IMG/VR virus record: IMGVR_UViG_3300021335_000022
Location: 1-54,656 of that record
Length of the DNA: 54,656 bases
Strand: one strand, 5' to 3'
Source: a virus
Lineage: Duplodnaviria; Caudoviricetes
Shown: in pieces, positions 28,665 to 37,578 of the stretch
How positions within the stretch are numbered: position 1 is the first letter of the stretch
How the letters are laid out: each line of letters begins with the position of its first letter
The notes under the pieces: model-generated
What the model was told of the DNA's origin: nothing
The model's input: the letters and a program-made list of their open reading frames with translations, nothing else
Database searches by the model: none
Translations under genes and position numbers: made by a program

Positions 28665-29687
28665 ATGAAAAGATCTACAGTATTTTTTATCAACGGCGGC
28701 GCCGGTCGTGTGGTAACGTCAATCCCTGCATTTGAATTATACGAGAAAGAAAATCCCGATGATGATTTTATTATTGTATGCGAAGGCGGTATGGATTTTT
28801 ATAAAGGACATCCTACACTACATAAACGTGCTTATGATACGTGGCACAAGGGCTTGTTTGAACAGTTTATTAAAGATAGAGACTGTGTAAGTCCAGAACC
28901 GTATCGTATTTGGGAATATTATAATCAAAAGTGTAGTATTGCACAAGCATTTGATATCGAAATTAACAAAAAAGGTATTAGAGATTTACCTACTCCAACG
29001 ATTAGTCTTAATAAATCAGAAATTGCACAAGGTAAGTCAGTAGTTGATGAAGTCAGATCAGTAACAGGATTTAGTAAGGTAGTTGTAATCCAGCCTTTTG
29101 GTAGAGGAGTAGAACAAAACTTAATCGACCAAACATCAAGAAGTTTTAGAGTAGATGATATGCTTGCTATTGCAAATCAGCTAAAACAAGAATACGGCAT
29201 TATTGTTATGAGTGAATTACCGCTAAATCTTTACGAAGAAAACGAAAACGAGCACCCGTTGGCCTTACCACAAATTCCTGACTTACGTATTTGGTCAGGA
29301 GTAATTAAAGAAGCAGATCATTTCTTAGGATGTGATAGTGTAGGACAACACGTAGCAAAAGCATTAGGTACAAAAGCAACAGTTGTAACCGGCAGTACAT
29401 TTCCAATTAATACATCTTATCTAAATGATAAAGATGTTACCGTATTTGATATCGGTGAAGGTAAAAGAGTTTATGCTCCAATTAGAGCCAGTATGGAAGA
29501 AGAACCAGATAGGATAAACGATAAATCTATGGATATGAGTAAACAACACATTAATGATATTGTAAAATCAATTAAAGAAACAACAGGCAAATCTGTAAAA
29601 AGTGCGCCTAAGCCGCCGCAAGAAATGCAACAACCGCAAGGCGAAGTTTGCCCAACACACGGTGTAGTTCATCAAGGAGGTTATTAA
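28665..29687 (+). CDS. GT9-like (heptosyltransferase-fold) glycosyltransferase
   Basis: N-terminal GGAGRVV...PA; VVIQPFG; IKEADHFLGCDSVGQHVAKALG matches the GT9 'DSG..H.A.A.G' motif. Confidence 0.7.
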   Translation: MKRSTVFFINGGAGRVVTSIPAFELYEKENPDDDFIIVCEGGMDFYKGHPTLHKRAYDTWHKGLFEQFIKDRDCVSPEPYRIWEYYNQKCSIAQAFDIEINKKGIRDLPTPTISLNKSEIAQGKSVVDEVRSVTGFSKVVVIQPFGRGVEQNLIDQTSRSFRVDDMLAIANQLKQEYGIIVMSELPLNLYEENENEHPLALPQIPDLRIWSGVIKEADHFLGCDSVGQHVAKALGTKATVVTGSTFPINTSYLNDKDVTVFDIGEGKRVYAPIRASMEEEPDRINDKSMDMSKQHINDIVKSIKETTGKSVKSAPKPPQEMQQPQGEVCPTHGVVHQGGY

Positions 29688-31483
29688 TGAGTTTATGGAT
29701 CGCAGGTATTGCTAGAGGTCACAACGCAGGCGTATGCTTATTAAAAGACGATGAAATTGTATTTTCAATCGAAGAAGAAAGATTAACACGTAGCAAGTAT
29801 GATGGCGGACCGTTAGCGTCAATATTGAAAATTTTAGAGTACACAGACAAACTAGATTATATGGTTGTCTCGCATACTCAAACACTTAACGAAACTGCTG
29901 GTAGACTTGATTATACCAATGAAGATATCTATACAGGACTTGCAAGAAAAATGGGTCTTATCGAAGATGGCCATCCTTGGAATAAGCATCCACAAGTTAT
30001 TGATACTGCGATGTTGCATCATAAAATGCACGCCAGTTTAGCATTTTATAGATCAGGGTTTGAGGAAGCAGTTGCAGTAATTGTTGACGGTGCAGGAACG
30101 TGTTTTGCAATTGACGCAGATGGTGACCCTAGGTATATGTGGGAAACTGAAACAATTTATAAGTGTTCGTATCCTGACAATATTCAAACATTATACAAAA
30201 CATTAGGTTGTAAAGATTGGTTACCGACTGTAGCAAACGAAGCACCGGACACAGATATCTTTAACAACACTACTGGAACATTTGGCGCTTCACTTTCTGA
30301 CAGAGCAGGTATTGTTAAATGTTATGAAGCAGTAACCGAGTACTGTGGTTGGGACGCAATTGAAGCAGGAAAAACTATGGGACTATTTCCATATGGAGAA
30401 GAAAATTCTGGGATTCCTGAAATTTTTGATAGCACAGCACAGTGGCCTACTCCAATAAGCAACAGAAACTTATTTGTACCAAAGTATCCAAATAGTTCTA
30501 TGGTAAACGAAAGTCTATACGAACAACTGCGAGATCAACCAGGCGACAGTGATCCCACACTAATGAAAAATAGAAGAGATATGGCATATGCTGTACAAAC
30601 GCAAACTCAAAAAGCAGTAGCAGATGTAATTAAATATGCTGTAGAAATTAGTGGCTGTAAAAATGTAGTCATTAGTGGCGGATATGGACTGAACTGTGTT
30701 GCAAACTATTACTACCTTAAAGAATTAGAAAATGAAGGTTTAAGTATCTATGTAGAGCCAGTGTCAAATGACGGTGGTACAGCAATGGGTGCAGCGTTAT
30801 GGGCTTATAGAAGTATTACTAAAGATACTACAATACATCCACAGGCAGAAACTGTATATCTCGGACCTGAACACAATATCAGTGACAAAGATGTAACAGA
30901 AATGTGTGAAAAGTTTAATGCTACTGTAACTGAAGCTACAGATCAAGATATTGTTGATCTAATCACTAGTAGAAACATTGTAACAATATTTCAAGGACGT
31001 TCAGAAAATGGACCTAGAGCATTAGGTAATAGAAGTATATTATACGATCCAACAGATCCGGACGGTAAAGACTTTGTTAATAGTGTAAAGCATAGAGAGT
31101 ACTTCCGCCCATTTGCAGGTAGCATTTTAGAAGAAGATGTACACGAATGGTTTGATTTACGTGGTATGAAAAATTCACCTACAATGATGTATGCTGTAAA
31201 CTGTCAACCAGGTGTTGAAGAAAAGATTCCTGCTATTATTCACGTAGACGGAACTTGTAGAATTCAAACAGTAAATCAAGAACAGAATCCGAATTACTAC
31301 AATCTCATAAAAGCATTCAAAGATAAAACAGGTTGTCCTATTGTATTCAACACTAGTTTTAATTTAGGAGGCGATCCTTTAGTAGAAACACTAGAAGATG
31401 CATTTACAACATTAGCTAAAAGTGCTATTGAATATTTGTACCTGCCAGAATTAGGTAAGCTAGTAAAGGTTGAAAATGTTTGA
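29687..31483 (+). CDS. Carbamoyltransferase (NodU/CmcH/TobZ family)
   Basis: GHNAG, EEERLTR.K, HH..HA, DGAG, GKTMGL..YG, SGG..LNCVAN, D.GTA.GAA, E.GPRALGNRS, FRPFA, HVDGT.R.Q, NTSFN. Start moved to the ATG at 29687 (TAATG overlap, GGAGG SD). Confidence 0.92.
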   Translation: MSLWIAGIARGHNAGVCLLKDDEIVFSIEEERLTRSKYDGGPLASILKILEYTDKLDYMVVSHTQTLNETAGRLDYTNEDIYTGLARKMGLIEDGHPWNKHPQVIDTAMLHHKMHASLAFYRSGFEEAVAVIVDGAGTCFAIDADGDPRYMWETETIYKCSYPDNIQTLYKTLGCKDWLPTVANEAPDTDIFNNTTGTFGASLSDRAGIVKCYEAVTEYCGWDAIEAGKTMGLFPYGEENSGIPEIFDSTAQWPTPISNRNLFVPKYPNSSMVNESLYEQLRDQPGDSDPTLMKNRRDMAYAVQTQTQKAVADVIKYAVEISGCKNVVISGGYGLNCVANYYYLKELENEGLSIYVEPVSNDGGTAMGAALWAYRSITKDTTIHPQAETVYLGPEHNISDKDVTEMCEKFNATVTEATDQDIVDLITSRNIVTIFQGRSENGPRALGNRSILYDPTDPDGKDFVNSVKHREYFRPFAGSILEEDVHEWFDLRGMKNSPTMMYAVNCQPGVEEKIPAIIHVDGTCRIQTVNQEQNPNYYNLIKAFKDKTGCPIVFNTSFNLGGDPLVETLEDAFTTLAKSAIEYLYLPELGKLVKVENV

Positions 31484-32099
31484 GTTAGTTTTTGGTAGTT
31501 TAATTTTTAAAACAAAAATGCCTAATCACGAAGAAATTAAACAAGGATTTTTGCCTTTTTTAAATGATGACAACGCATTTAATACTTCTAATAGATGGGA
31601 CTGTAACTGTGATACTACGATGCATCACGAAGACCTTAATAGTAAATTACCTTGGAATTTATTTTTCCAAAATATACAACCAGGACTAGGACCGTACTTG
31701 CAAGAAATCGGTCTTAAACAAGAATATAAAGACAAAATACAATCTTATGCGTGGGCTAATAGATATCATCAAGGACAACATCAAGAAGTACACGCACATT
31801 CCGGCGATAATAATTTAGTGAGTTGTGCGTATATTTTAGATCAAGCAGGAGAAAATACTGCTGAAAATGACGGTATGTATGGTCAATTTATTTTTTATAA
31901 TAGTGCGTCAGAGCCATTTTCTCCGTTTCAAATGCATTTATTTGAAGAACCCGAAAGATGGACTGCAAGACACAATCCGTTTTTACAAGAAGGGGATATT
32001 GTGTTTTTTCCGAGTACGCTAAATCATTATGTCACGTGGAATAAAAGTGATACTATAAGAGCATCAATTAGTGCTAACTTTAGGATTTTAGAAGATTAA
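31476..32099 (+). CDS. Putative 2OG-Fe(II) oxygenase (TIGR02466-like)
   Basis: WAN...HAH...S..Y...EGDIVFFPS.L.H.V...R.SISAN. Confidence 0.8.
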   Translation: MFELVFGSLIFKTKMPNHEEIKQGFLPFLNDDNAFNTSNRWDCNCDTTMHHEDLNSKLPWNLFFQNIQPGLGPYLQEIGLKQEYKDKIQSYAWANRYHQGQHQEVHAHSGDNNLVSCAYILDQAGENTAENDGMYGQFIFYNSASEPFSPFQMHLFEEPERWTARHNPFLQEGDIVFFPSTLNHYVTWNKSDTIRASISANFRILED

Positions 32100-32779
32100 C
32101 GATCTAAATAATCTGCAAACTGAGCAAGATCGTCAAATATGATGGTCTTTTTCTTTATCTTTTGATTACTAAATTTATTTAATTCTTTAATAGTCTCTTC
32201 GCCATAACCGGTACGTACTAATACAGGTTTTGCACCCATTTTAAATGCAGCTTTTAGATCTGATATCTTATCACCTACAAAGAATCCTTTGGAAAATTTA
32301 ATAAAGGGCATTTCTTCTTCACACCTCTTAAACATACCCGTGTTAGGTTTTGCAAAGCCGTCTGCTCTTAGACTAGTCTCACTGTAATACAATGCATCAA
32401 TACTGGAACACCCTGCTTTGCCCAATAGATCAAACATATGATCGTGTACACGTTCTACATCGTCTGTTGTATAGATACCTTTTGCTATTCCGCCTTGATT
32501 AGTAATAATTGCAATTTTATGACCCAAACGTCTAATCTTAGCAATAGCTTCTAAACTACCCGGTATAGGCTCAAAGTCTTCAACTCGATAAGTATATTCA
32601 CCCCTATCAACATTGATAACACCGTCTCTGTCTAAGCCGACAACAACTTTAGGTGCAATATTATGAACAGGATCATAAAAAGGAATGTCCTCAGGTTTAG
32701 GCTGATTAGTCCATCCCATATTAGTTTTAGGTGTTTGTTCTTGTTTCTTAGGAGCATTACTCCACATATTGTATGCCAT
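32096..32779 (-). CDS. gmhB: D,D-heptose 1,7-bisphosphate phosphatase (HAD family)
   Basis: LDRDGVIN, ITNQGGIAKG, KPNTGM, VGDKISD..AA, LVRTGYG; context with hldE/hldD. Confidence 0.88.
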   Translation of the reverse strand: MAYNMWSNAPKKQEQTPKTNMGWTNQPKPEDIPFYDPVHNIAPKVVVGLDRDGVINVDRGEYTYRVEDFEPIPGSLEAIAKIRRLGHKIAIITNQGGIAKGIYTTDDVERVHDHMFDLLGKAGCSSIDALYYSETSLRADGFAKPNTGMFKRCEEEMPFIKFSKGFFVGDKISDLKAAFKMGAKPVLVRTGYGEETIKELNKFSNQKIKKKTIIFDDLAQFADYLDR

Positions 32780-33358
32780 CTAAATACCTACATTAAATGC
32801 AATAGTAGTCCTTACTACGTCTATTCTTTTTGTAACTACCTTGTGTTTTAGATATGAAGGGAACAACACTAGTCTTCCTTTTTCTGCTTTAACATCATAA
32901 TGTGCTTGAAAGAAGGGTTTAGAGCCATCGTGATGTTGTACATATTCTGCAATAGTATTCGGATTATAAAATCTAATGTAGCCTGCATTTTCGTTAGCAC
33001 GTAGCCAGTAAACGCCACTAATACCATCAATGCCGTGGCCGTGCATATCGTGGCCTTCATCGTCTTTGTAGTCTTGGGTCCAGTAGTGCAGTCCTTCGCC
33101 AGTTTGTATACTGGTTGCTTCTTTATATTCAGCAATACATTTAGCCCATTCGTCGGTTAGCTCAGGAGCAATTTCGTGATACCGGATTTTAGTTTCCCAG
33201 AAATCTGAACGACGGTAATCATAATCATCTCCGTTGTTTTCTAACTTGTCTAACTCTGGGACAATACGTGTTTCTAATTCATCTGCTAAATCAGCAGGAA
33301 TACGGTAGTCTAAAATTGGAACTGCAAAAAAACTACTTACTGTCATCTTGTTTGTCAC
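32780..33358 (-). CDS. Putative 2OG-Fe(II) oxygenase (TIGR02466-like)
   Basis: HDMHGH...ISGVYW...G.LVLFPSYLKHKV...RTTIAFN; exact start uncertain. Confidence 0.78.
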   Translation of the reverse strand: MTNKMTVSSFFAVPILDYRIPADLADELETRIVPELDKLENNGDDYDYRRSDFWETKIRYHEIAPELTDEWAKCIAEYKEATSIQTGEGLHYWTQDYKDDEGHDMHGHGIDGISGVYWLRANENAGYIRFYNPNTIAEYVQHHDGSKPFFQAHYDVKAEKGRLVLFPSYLKHKVVTKRIDVVRTTIAFNVGI

Positions 33359-33737
33359 TCAACTTTTGACTGTCACCTGGACCGATACGGTAATTGTCTT
33401 CTACACTGTCAGGTGTACTTACTTCAGTAACACTACCTTCTTTAGATAAGCAAATTAATTGATGCGGCTGTAATGGTGGATTATGCCAAGTAGAACCTTC
33501 TATTAGCTCTTGCTCATAAAGTTTAGAATCTTTAGTGTCGATCCATTTTACTTTAAACTTGCCACTATTAACAAACCAAGTCTCGTCTTTTTCCCTATGA
33601 AAATGCATACTGGTCTGTGCCATTTCTCTGTTGAATACCATAATTTTACCACAATACTTTTCATTTGTGGCCCAAATCATTTCGTAACCCCAACCTTTTT
33701 GGTCGACGCCACTTTTTCTAGTTGGTTGCTGTTCCAT
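33333..33737 (-). CDS. Cupin-fold sugar isomerase-like protein
   Basis: KGWGYE.IW, SMHFH..KDET, PH, EVST. Confidence 0.78.
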   Translation of the reverse strand: MEQQPTRKSGVDQKGWGYEMIWATNEKYCGKIMVFNREMAQTSMHFHREKDETWFVNSGKFKVKWIDTKDSKLYEQELIEGSTWHNPPLQPHQLICLSKEGSVTEVSTPDSVEDNYRIGPGDSQKLSDKQDDSK

Positions 33738-34536
33738 TAATATATTCCTCTACTGTTGCAAAGTTAATATCTGTAACTTTACTTAATTTATCTATGTTTG
33801 CACACGTATATTCCTGATACTGTGATTGTAAGTAATCGGGCATTGGAATATACTCTATAGTTGCATTGTATGTTTTTGCAACTAGATCTGCTATTTTTTG
33901 AAAGCTCTCAGCTTTTCCCGTACCAATATTAAAAAGGCCCGGTTTTTTATTTTCTAACAACTGCTTATGTGCTTCGCAAACATCGCCTACAAATACAAAA
34001 TCTCGTTCGTATTGGTCGCTGTTTTCAAATAGTGCAATAGTGTTACTTTCTTTTGCTTGTTTAATAAATTTTGTTATAGGACTTGCTTGATTACCTTTGT
34101 GATCTTCTAGTGGTCCGTATACATTAAAATAACGAAAGCCCTGAACACAAACTTTATGCTCTTGTTGCCACACCCATCTGTCGAACAAATACTTACTCCA
34201 CGCATACGGTGATTGTGGAGACTTTGGATCATCTTCTCCAAATTTTTCATACGGTCCGTAAACACTTGCACTAGAAGCATACTGAAAATTAACTCCTTTT
34301 GAGTTGCATTGGTTATAGAGCCATTTACTAAATTCGTAATTCTGTAGCATTACTTTATCTACATCTTGTTCTACTGTGCTTGATATTGCACCAACGTGTA
34401 TAACCCAATCAAACCCTTCAACTTCGGGTAAGTGTTCTTCCTGCCATTCATATCCAAATAGTTCGTGATCTGGTTGTAAATAAAAAGTTAGGTTTTGACC
34501 AATGAAACCTTTGTGTCCTGTAATTAAAATTTTCAT
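33718..34536 (-). CDS. hldD: ADP-L-glycero-D-manno-heptose 6-epimerase
   Basis: ITGHKGFIG, GAISST, YASSASVYG, YAWSK, FRYFNVYGP.E.HKG, RDFVFV.D, YQEYT.A. Confidence 0.9.
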   Translation of the reverse strand: MKILITGHKGFIGQNLTFYLQPDHELFGYEWQEEHLPEVEGFDWVIHVGAISSTVEQDVDKVMLQNYEFSKWLYNQCNSKGVNFQYASSASVYGPYEKFGEDDPKSPQSPYAWSKYLFDRWVWQQEHKVCVQGFRYFNVYGPLEDHKGNQASPITKFIKQAKESNTIALFENSDQYERDFVFVGDVCEAHKQLLENKKPGLFNIGTGKAESFQKIADLVAKTYNATIEYIPMPDYLQSQYQEYTCANIDKLSKVTDINFATVEEYINGTATN

Positions 34537-35672
34537 TCCTGTGCCTCTAATATTTTAGTTGTACTGTAACCATTGACTGTAGGTACAATGTGTACAGGTG
34601 CTAGATCGTGTCCAACAATTTCTTCTACGGTATAATCACCACCTTTAACAATTAGATCCGGTTGCAATTCTTTGATAAGCTCGTATGGAGTATCGTTGTC
34701 AAATACAATAACTTCGTCTACATACGGTATTAATAATAGTTGTTCCATACGTGTTTCCACGTCGTTAAACGGTCTTAGAGCGCCTTTTAAACGCTTTACG
34801 CTGTCATCGCTGTTAAGACCTACAATTAACTTATCACCTTGCATACGAGCTTCTTTTAGCAAGGTAAGATGTCCTTTATGTAATATATCAAAGCATCCAT
34901 TTGTAAACACGACCTTTTTCTTTAGATCTTTTTCTGTTAAAATGTATGTGCCTACGTGCTTAACACTTTCAGTTGATCCTTGTACTGCAAGTGTAATTGC
35001 GCTTTCGTAATCATATTTTTTAGTAAGTGCATAAACAAATGTTGCTAAGAAGCAATCGCCTGCACCTGTAACGTCTGATACTTCAATACGTTCTACAGGC
35101 ACGTTATACATAATATCGTCTATATTTCCAACAACATTATCGCCTGCATTAGTTACGATAAAATTACCCTTCCAATTTGTAAATTCAAAGTCCTTGAACT
35201 CTTTGTGGTTAGGTTTTACAAGCCACGCACCTTCGTATTGATCTGCGTGTTTTTTAGGATCTACAATTACCTTACAGCCAAATGTGTTTAGATGTTCTAT
35301 AATTTCTAATGACTTGTCTAGCACACCTTTGTTGTAATCACTTAGTATAACATATGTGTATTCGCTAAAATCTTTCTTTAGGATATTCTCTAATACAAGT
35401 TCACTGTTTGCAATAACATCGTCGTCTATACGTGTAATATAATGTCCATCGCATAATACTCTTGTTTTAATACTTTTAGGATAGTCATAATCAAATAGGT
35501 CTACATCAACACCTAGACTTTCTAAGTTTTTGTAAACTAATCCTGCACCACCCTGTGTTTCTATAATGTGTTCTTGTGTAACTACAGGTACAGGAGCCTC
35601 CGGACTCAAACGTGTGCTTGTTCCGTAGATATATCTGTCAATTATTATGTCACCGATTATAAGAACTTTCAT
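34533..35672 (-). CDS. hldE: Bifunctional heptose-7-phosphate kinase / heptose-1-phosphate adenylyltransferase
   Basis: RLSPEAPVPV, SDYNKG, DVTGAGD, FTNGCFDILH.GH, GLNSD.SV, KGGDY, GYSTT. Start set at MKVL (35672). Confidence 0.92.
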   Translation of the reverse strand: MKVLIIGDIIIDRYIYGTSTRLSPEAPVPVVTQEHIIETQGGAGLVYKNLESLGVDVDLFDYDYPKSIKTRVLCDGHYITRIDDDVIANSELVLENILKKDFSEYTYVILSDYNKGVLDKSLEIIEHLNTFGCKVIVDPKKHADQYEGAWLVKPNHKEFKDFEFTNWKGNFIVTNAGDNVVGNIDDIMYNVPVERIEVSDVTGAGDCFLATFVYALTKKYDYESAITLAVQGSTESVKHVGTYILTEKDLKKKVVFTNGCFDILHKGHLTLLKEARMQGDKLIVGLNSDDSVKRLKGALRPFNDVETRMEQLLLIPYVDEVIVFDNDTPYELIKELQPDLIVKGGDYTVEEIVGHDLAPVHIVPTVNGYSTTKILEAQE

Positions 35673-35678
35673 ATTACT

Positions 35679-35707
35679 ACTATACAATCTTTTACCGGAT
35701 TAGTCAA
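35679..35707 (-). promoter_or_regulatory. Sigma70-type promoter of the heptose operon
   Basis: TTGACT-N17-TATAGT on the minus strand, 6 nt before the hldE ATG. Confidence 0.65.
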
Positions 35708-36134
35708 GTAAATCTATTACTTCAAACACAGTTTTTAATTTAGAAAGATTGACCTTTTTTGTAAGAGTGTTTTGCAAACCAAAATGTAACGGCTTGGGCC
35801 AATGCCCGAAACTAACCCAAGCATAACCGTCGTGTTCGTTATTAAGTGCAGGCAAAAATTCATTGTTTACTACACACAAATACGTATGAAAATGAAATTT
35901 AGTGTCGTTAGATACAAATGTTTCTAACGGAATAGTTTTTTTAATTTTTATTGTTCCTATCTCTTCAAATATTTCACGTTTTAAGCCTTCCCAAGGAGTT
36001 TCTTCTCCTTCGTTAGTGCCGCCAACAAGCCCCCAAACTTTTTTGTTTTTGCCGTTAACTCTATGTAAAAACAAAAAACGTTTAGTATCGAGAGAATATA
36101 GTAGTGCTCCACTACAAATAATTTGCTTGCTCAT
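35700..36134 (-). CDS. Nudix hydrolase
   Basis: Complete Nudix box GTNEGEETPWEGLKREIFEEIG. Confidence 0.9.
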   Translation of the reverse strand: MSKQIICSGALLYSLDTKRFLFLHRVNGKNKKVWGLVGGTNEGEETPWEGLKREIFEEIGTIKIKKTIPLETFVSNDTKFHFHTYLCVVNNEFLPALNNEHDGYAWVSFGHWPKPLHFGLQNTLTKKVNLSKLKTVFEVIDLLD

Positions 36135-36147
36135 ACTAGTAATTATA

Positions 36148-37578
36148 TTAGAAATTTAAACGCCAGGTGCCGTTTGGATACTCGCCTTCGAAAGAAAGCA
36201 ACCAATCATTACCATCAAATTTATATTGTACACCAGTGGTTAAATTTGTAGTATAAACAGTTCCATAAACACTTAGGTCAACGTCTGCGTCAAATACAAT
36301 AGTCCACTTTGATCCATCCCATTCAATTATGTCATTAGCGTTTGCTACAAAATCACTATTGTCTAGATTCTTCCAAGCATCTGCACCATCTGTATTTGCA
36401 GAATTTCCTATATCACCTAAAATAAGTATTCTTGGATTACCAGACAATTGAAGATCATTCGGATTAGTTTTTAGAGGATCTATGATATAGTCAATTTTAT
36501 TCCTTGTCCCAGCTTCGCTTGATATTGAAGTGTCTGTAGGAATTGTATCTTCGTCCCAAATGACGGTTGCTTCTGTTTCATCCAACGGATTAATTGCTAA
36601 TGCTCCTATGACATCAAAGGGCATATCTGCTCTGGTTAGTCTAACTTGTGTAATTCCGTCTTGGAATTTTTGAGGAAATGCAAGCAAAAACTCTGGCCAA
36701 GATTTGCCGCCTACATTGCCTTTGTCGATTAATTTAATTGTAGTGTTAAGAACAAGTAGTCCTGTGTTTTGGTAACTAGTTGGCGCAACAGTAAGCCTAG
36801 TTTGAGTATTTTCCCAGTATGCTTCTGTTTTTCCTCTTTGTAAGTCGCCATTTTCGTCGATATAAATCTTTGTACTAATTTCAGCTGCATCGTCGATATC
36901 GTCAATTTCACCACCTTGGAATACTCTACTAATAACGTCAGTAACAATGCCCAAACGCTTAACTTTAGTGGGCGGACTAATATAAATCGGTGTTGTAAAA
37001 GTTAATGAACCTACATCAATTTCTGATTCAGTTCCTGTAGGAATACTTCTTGAACTCCAAGAGATATTATCTAAGTTAACAACACTTAAACTAGTCCAGT
37101 CAAGATAATTATCAGTAGTTTGTATTTCTAAACTTGGATTAAACAACATTAAAACTTGTTCCATAATCTGTAACTTTTGTTCTGTATTTGTAGTCCAAAT
37201 GTCAACATTTACTGATAAAGTATATGGTGTAGGCATTAATCTTTCAACTGTATAGTTTTTACCTTCTTTGTTTAGATACTCATTATTATTTTCGTCGAAC
37301 GCTCTTTCTCTAATGTGTGCTTTACTTACATAACTAGAATCACTAGTTCTGCTTCTATCCATTTCAAGGCCAGTAACGTAAATTCCCATTCTAGGAGCAC
37401 TTGGAATTTTATTTTCTGAATTATCTCTTAAAATACTTCCTACTTGTCTTGTAATATCTCCATACATTACAGGAATTGTTGTAAGATTGCCTTTACCGTC
37501 TTTGTAACTAAAGCCACTCATCATCCTAATCAACTGTGTAAGATAACGTCTTATTTGTCCGTCATAAAAATGTTGCAT
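36148..37578 (-). CDS. gp15: Tail sheath stabiliser / tail terminator, gp15-like, with C-terminal extension
   Basis: HFYD..IRRY, IPV.YG, PRM, P.PY.L, QI.EQ.L..FNP; next to the neck genes. Confidence 0.75.
   Translation of the reverse strand: MQHFYDGQIRRYLTQLIRMMSGFSYKDGKGNLTTIPVMYGDITRQVGSILRDNSENKIPSAPRMGIYVTGLEMDRSRTSDSSYVSKAHIRERAFDENNNEYLNKEGKNYTVERLMPTPYTLSVNVDIWTTNTEQKLQIMEQVLMLFNPSLEIQTTDNYLDWTSLSVVNLDNISWSSRSIPTGTESEIDVGSLTFTTPIYISPPTKVKRLGIVTDVISRVFQGGEIDDIDDAAEISTKIYIDENGDLQRGKTEAYWENTQTRLTVAPTSYQNTGLLVLNTTIKLIDKGNVGGKSWPEFLLAFPQKFQDGITQVRLTRADMPFDVIGALAINPLDETEATVIWDEDTIPTDTSISSEAGTRNKIDYIIDPLKTNPNDLQLSGNPRILILGDIGNSANTDGADAWKNLDNSDFVANANDIIEWDGSKWTIVFDADVDLSVYGTVYTTNLTTGVQYKFDGNDWLLSFEGEYPNGTWRLNF

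Noticed and set aside
29687-33358. TET/JBP-type cytosine hypermodification cluster
   Set aside because: The oxygenases look TIGR02466-like (HxH), and no C5 methyltransferase or dCMP hydroxymethylase is in the window; kept only as an alternative hypothesis
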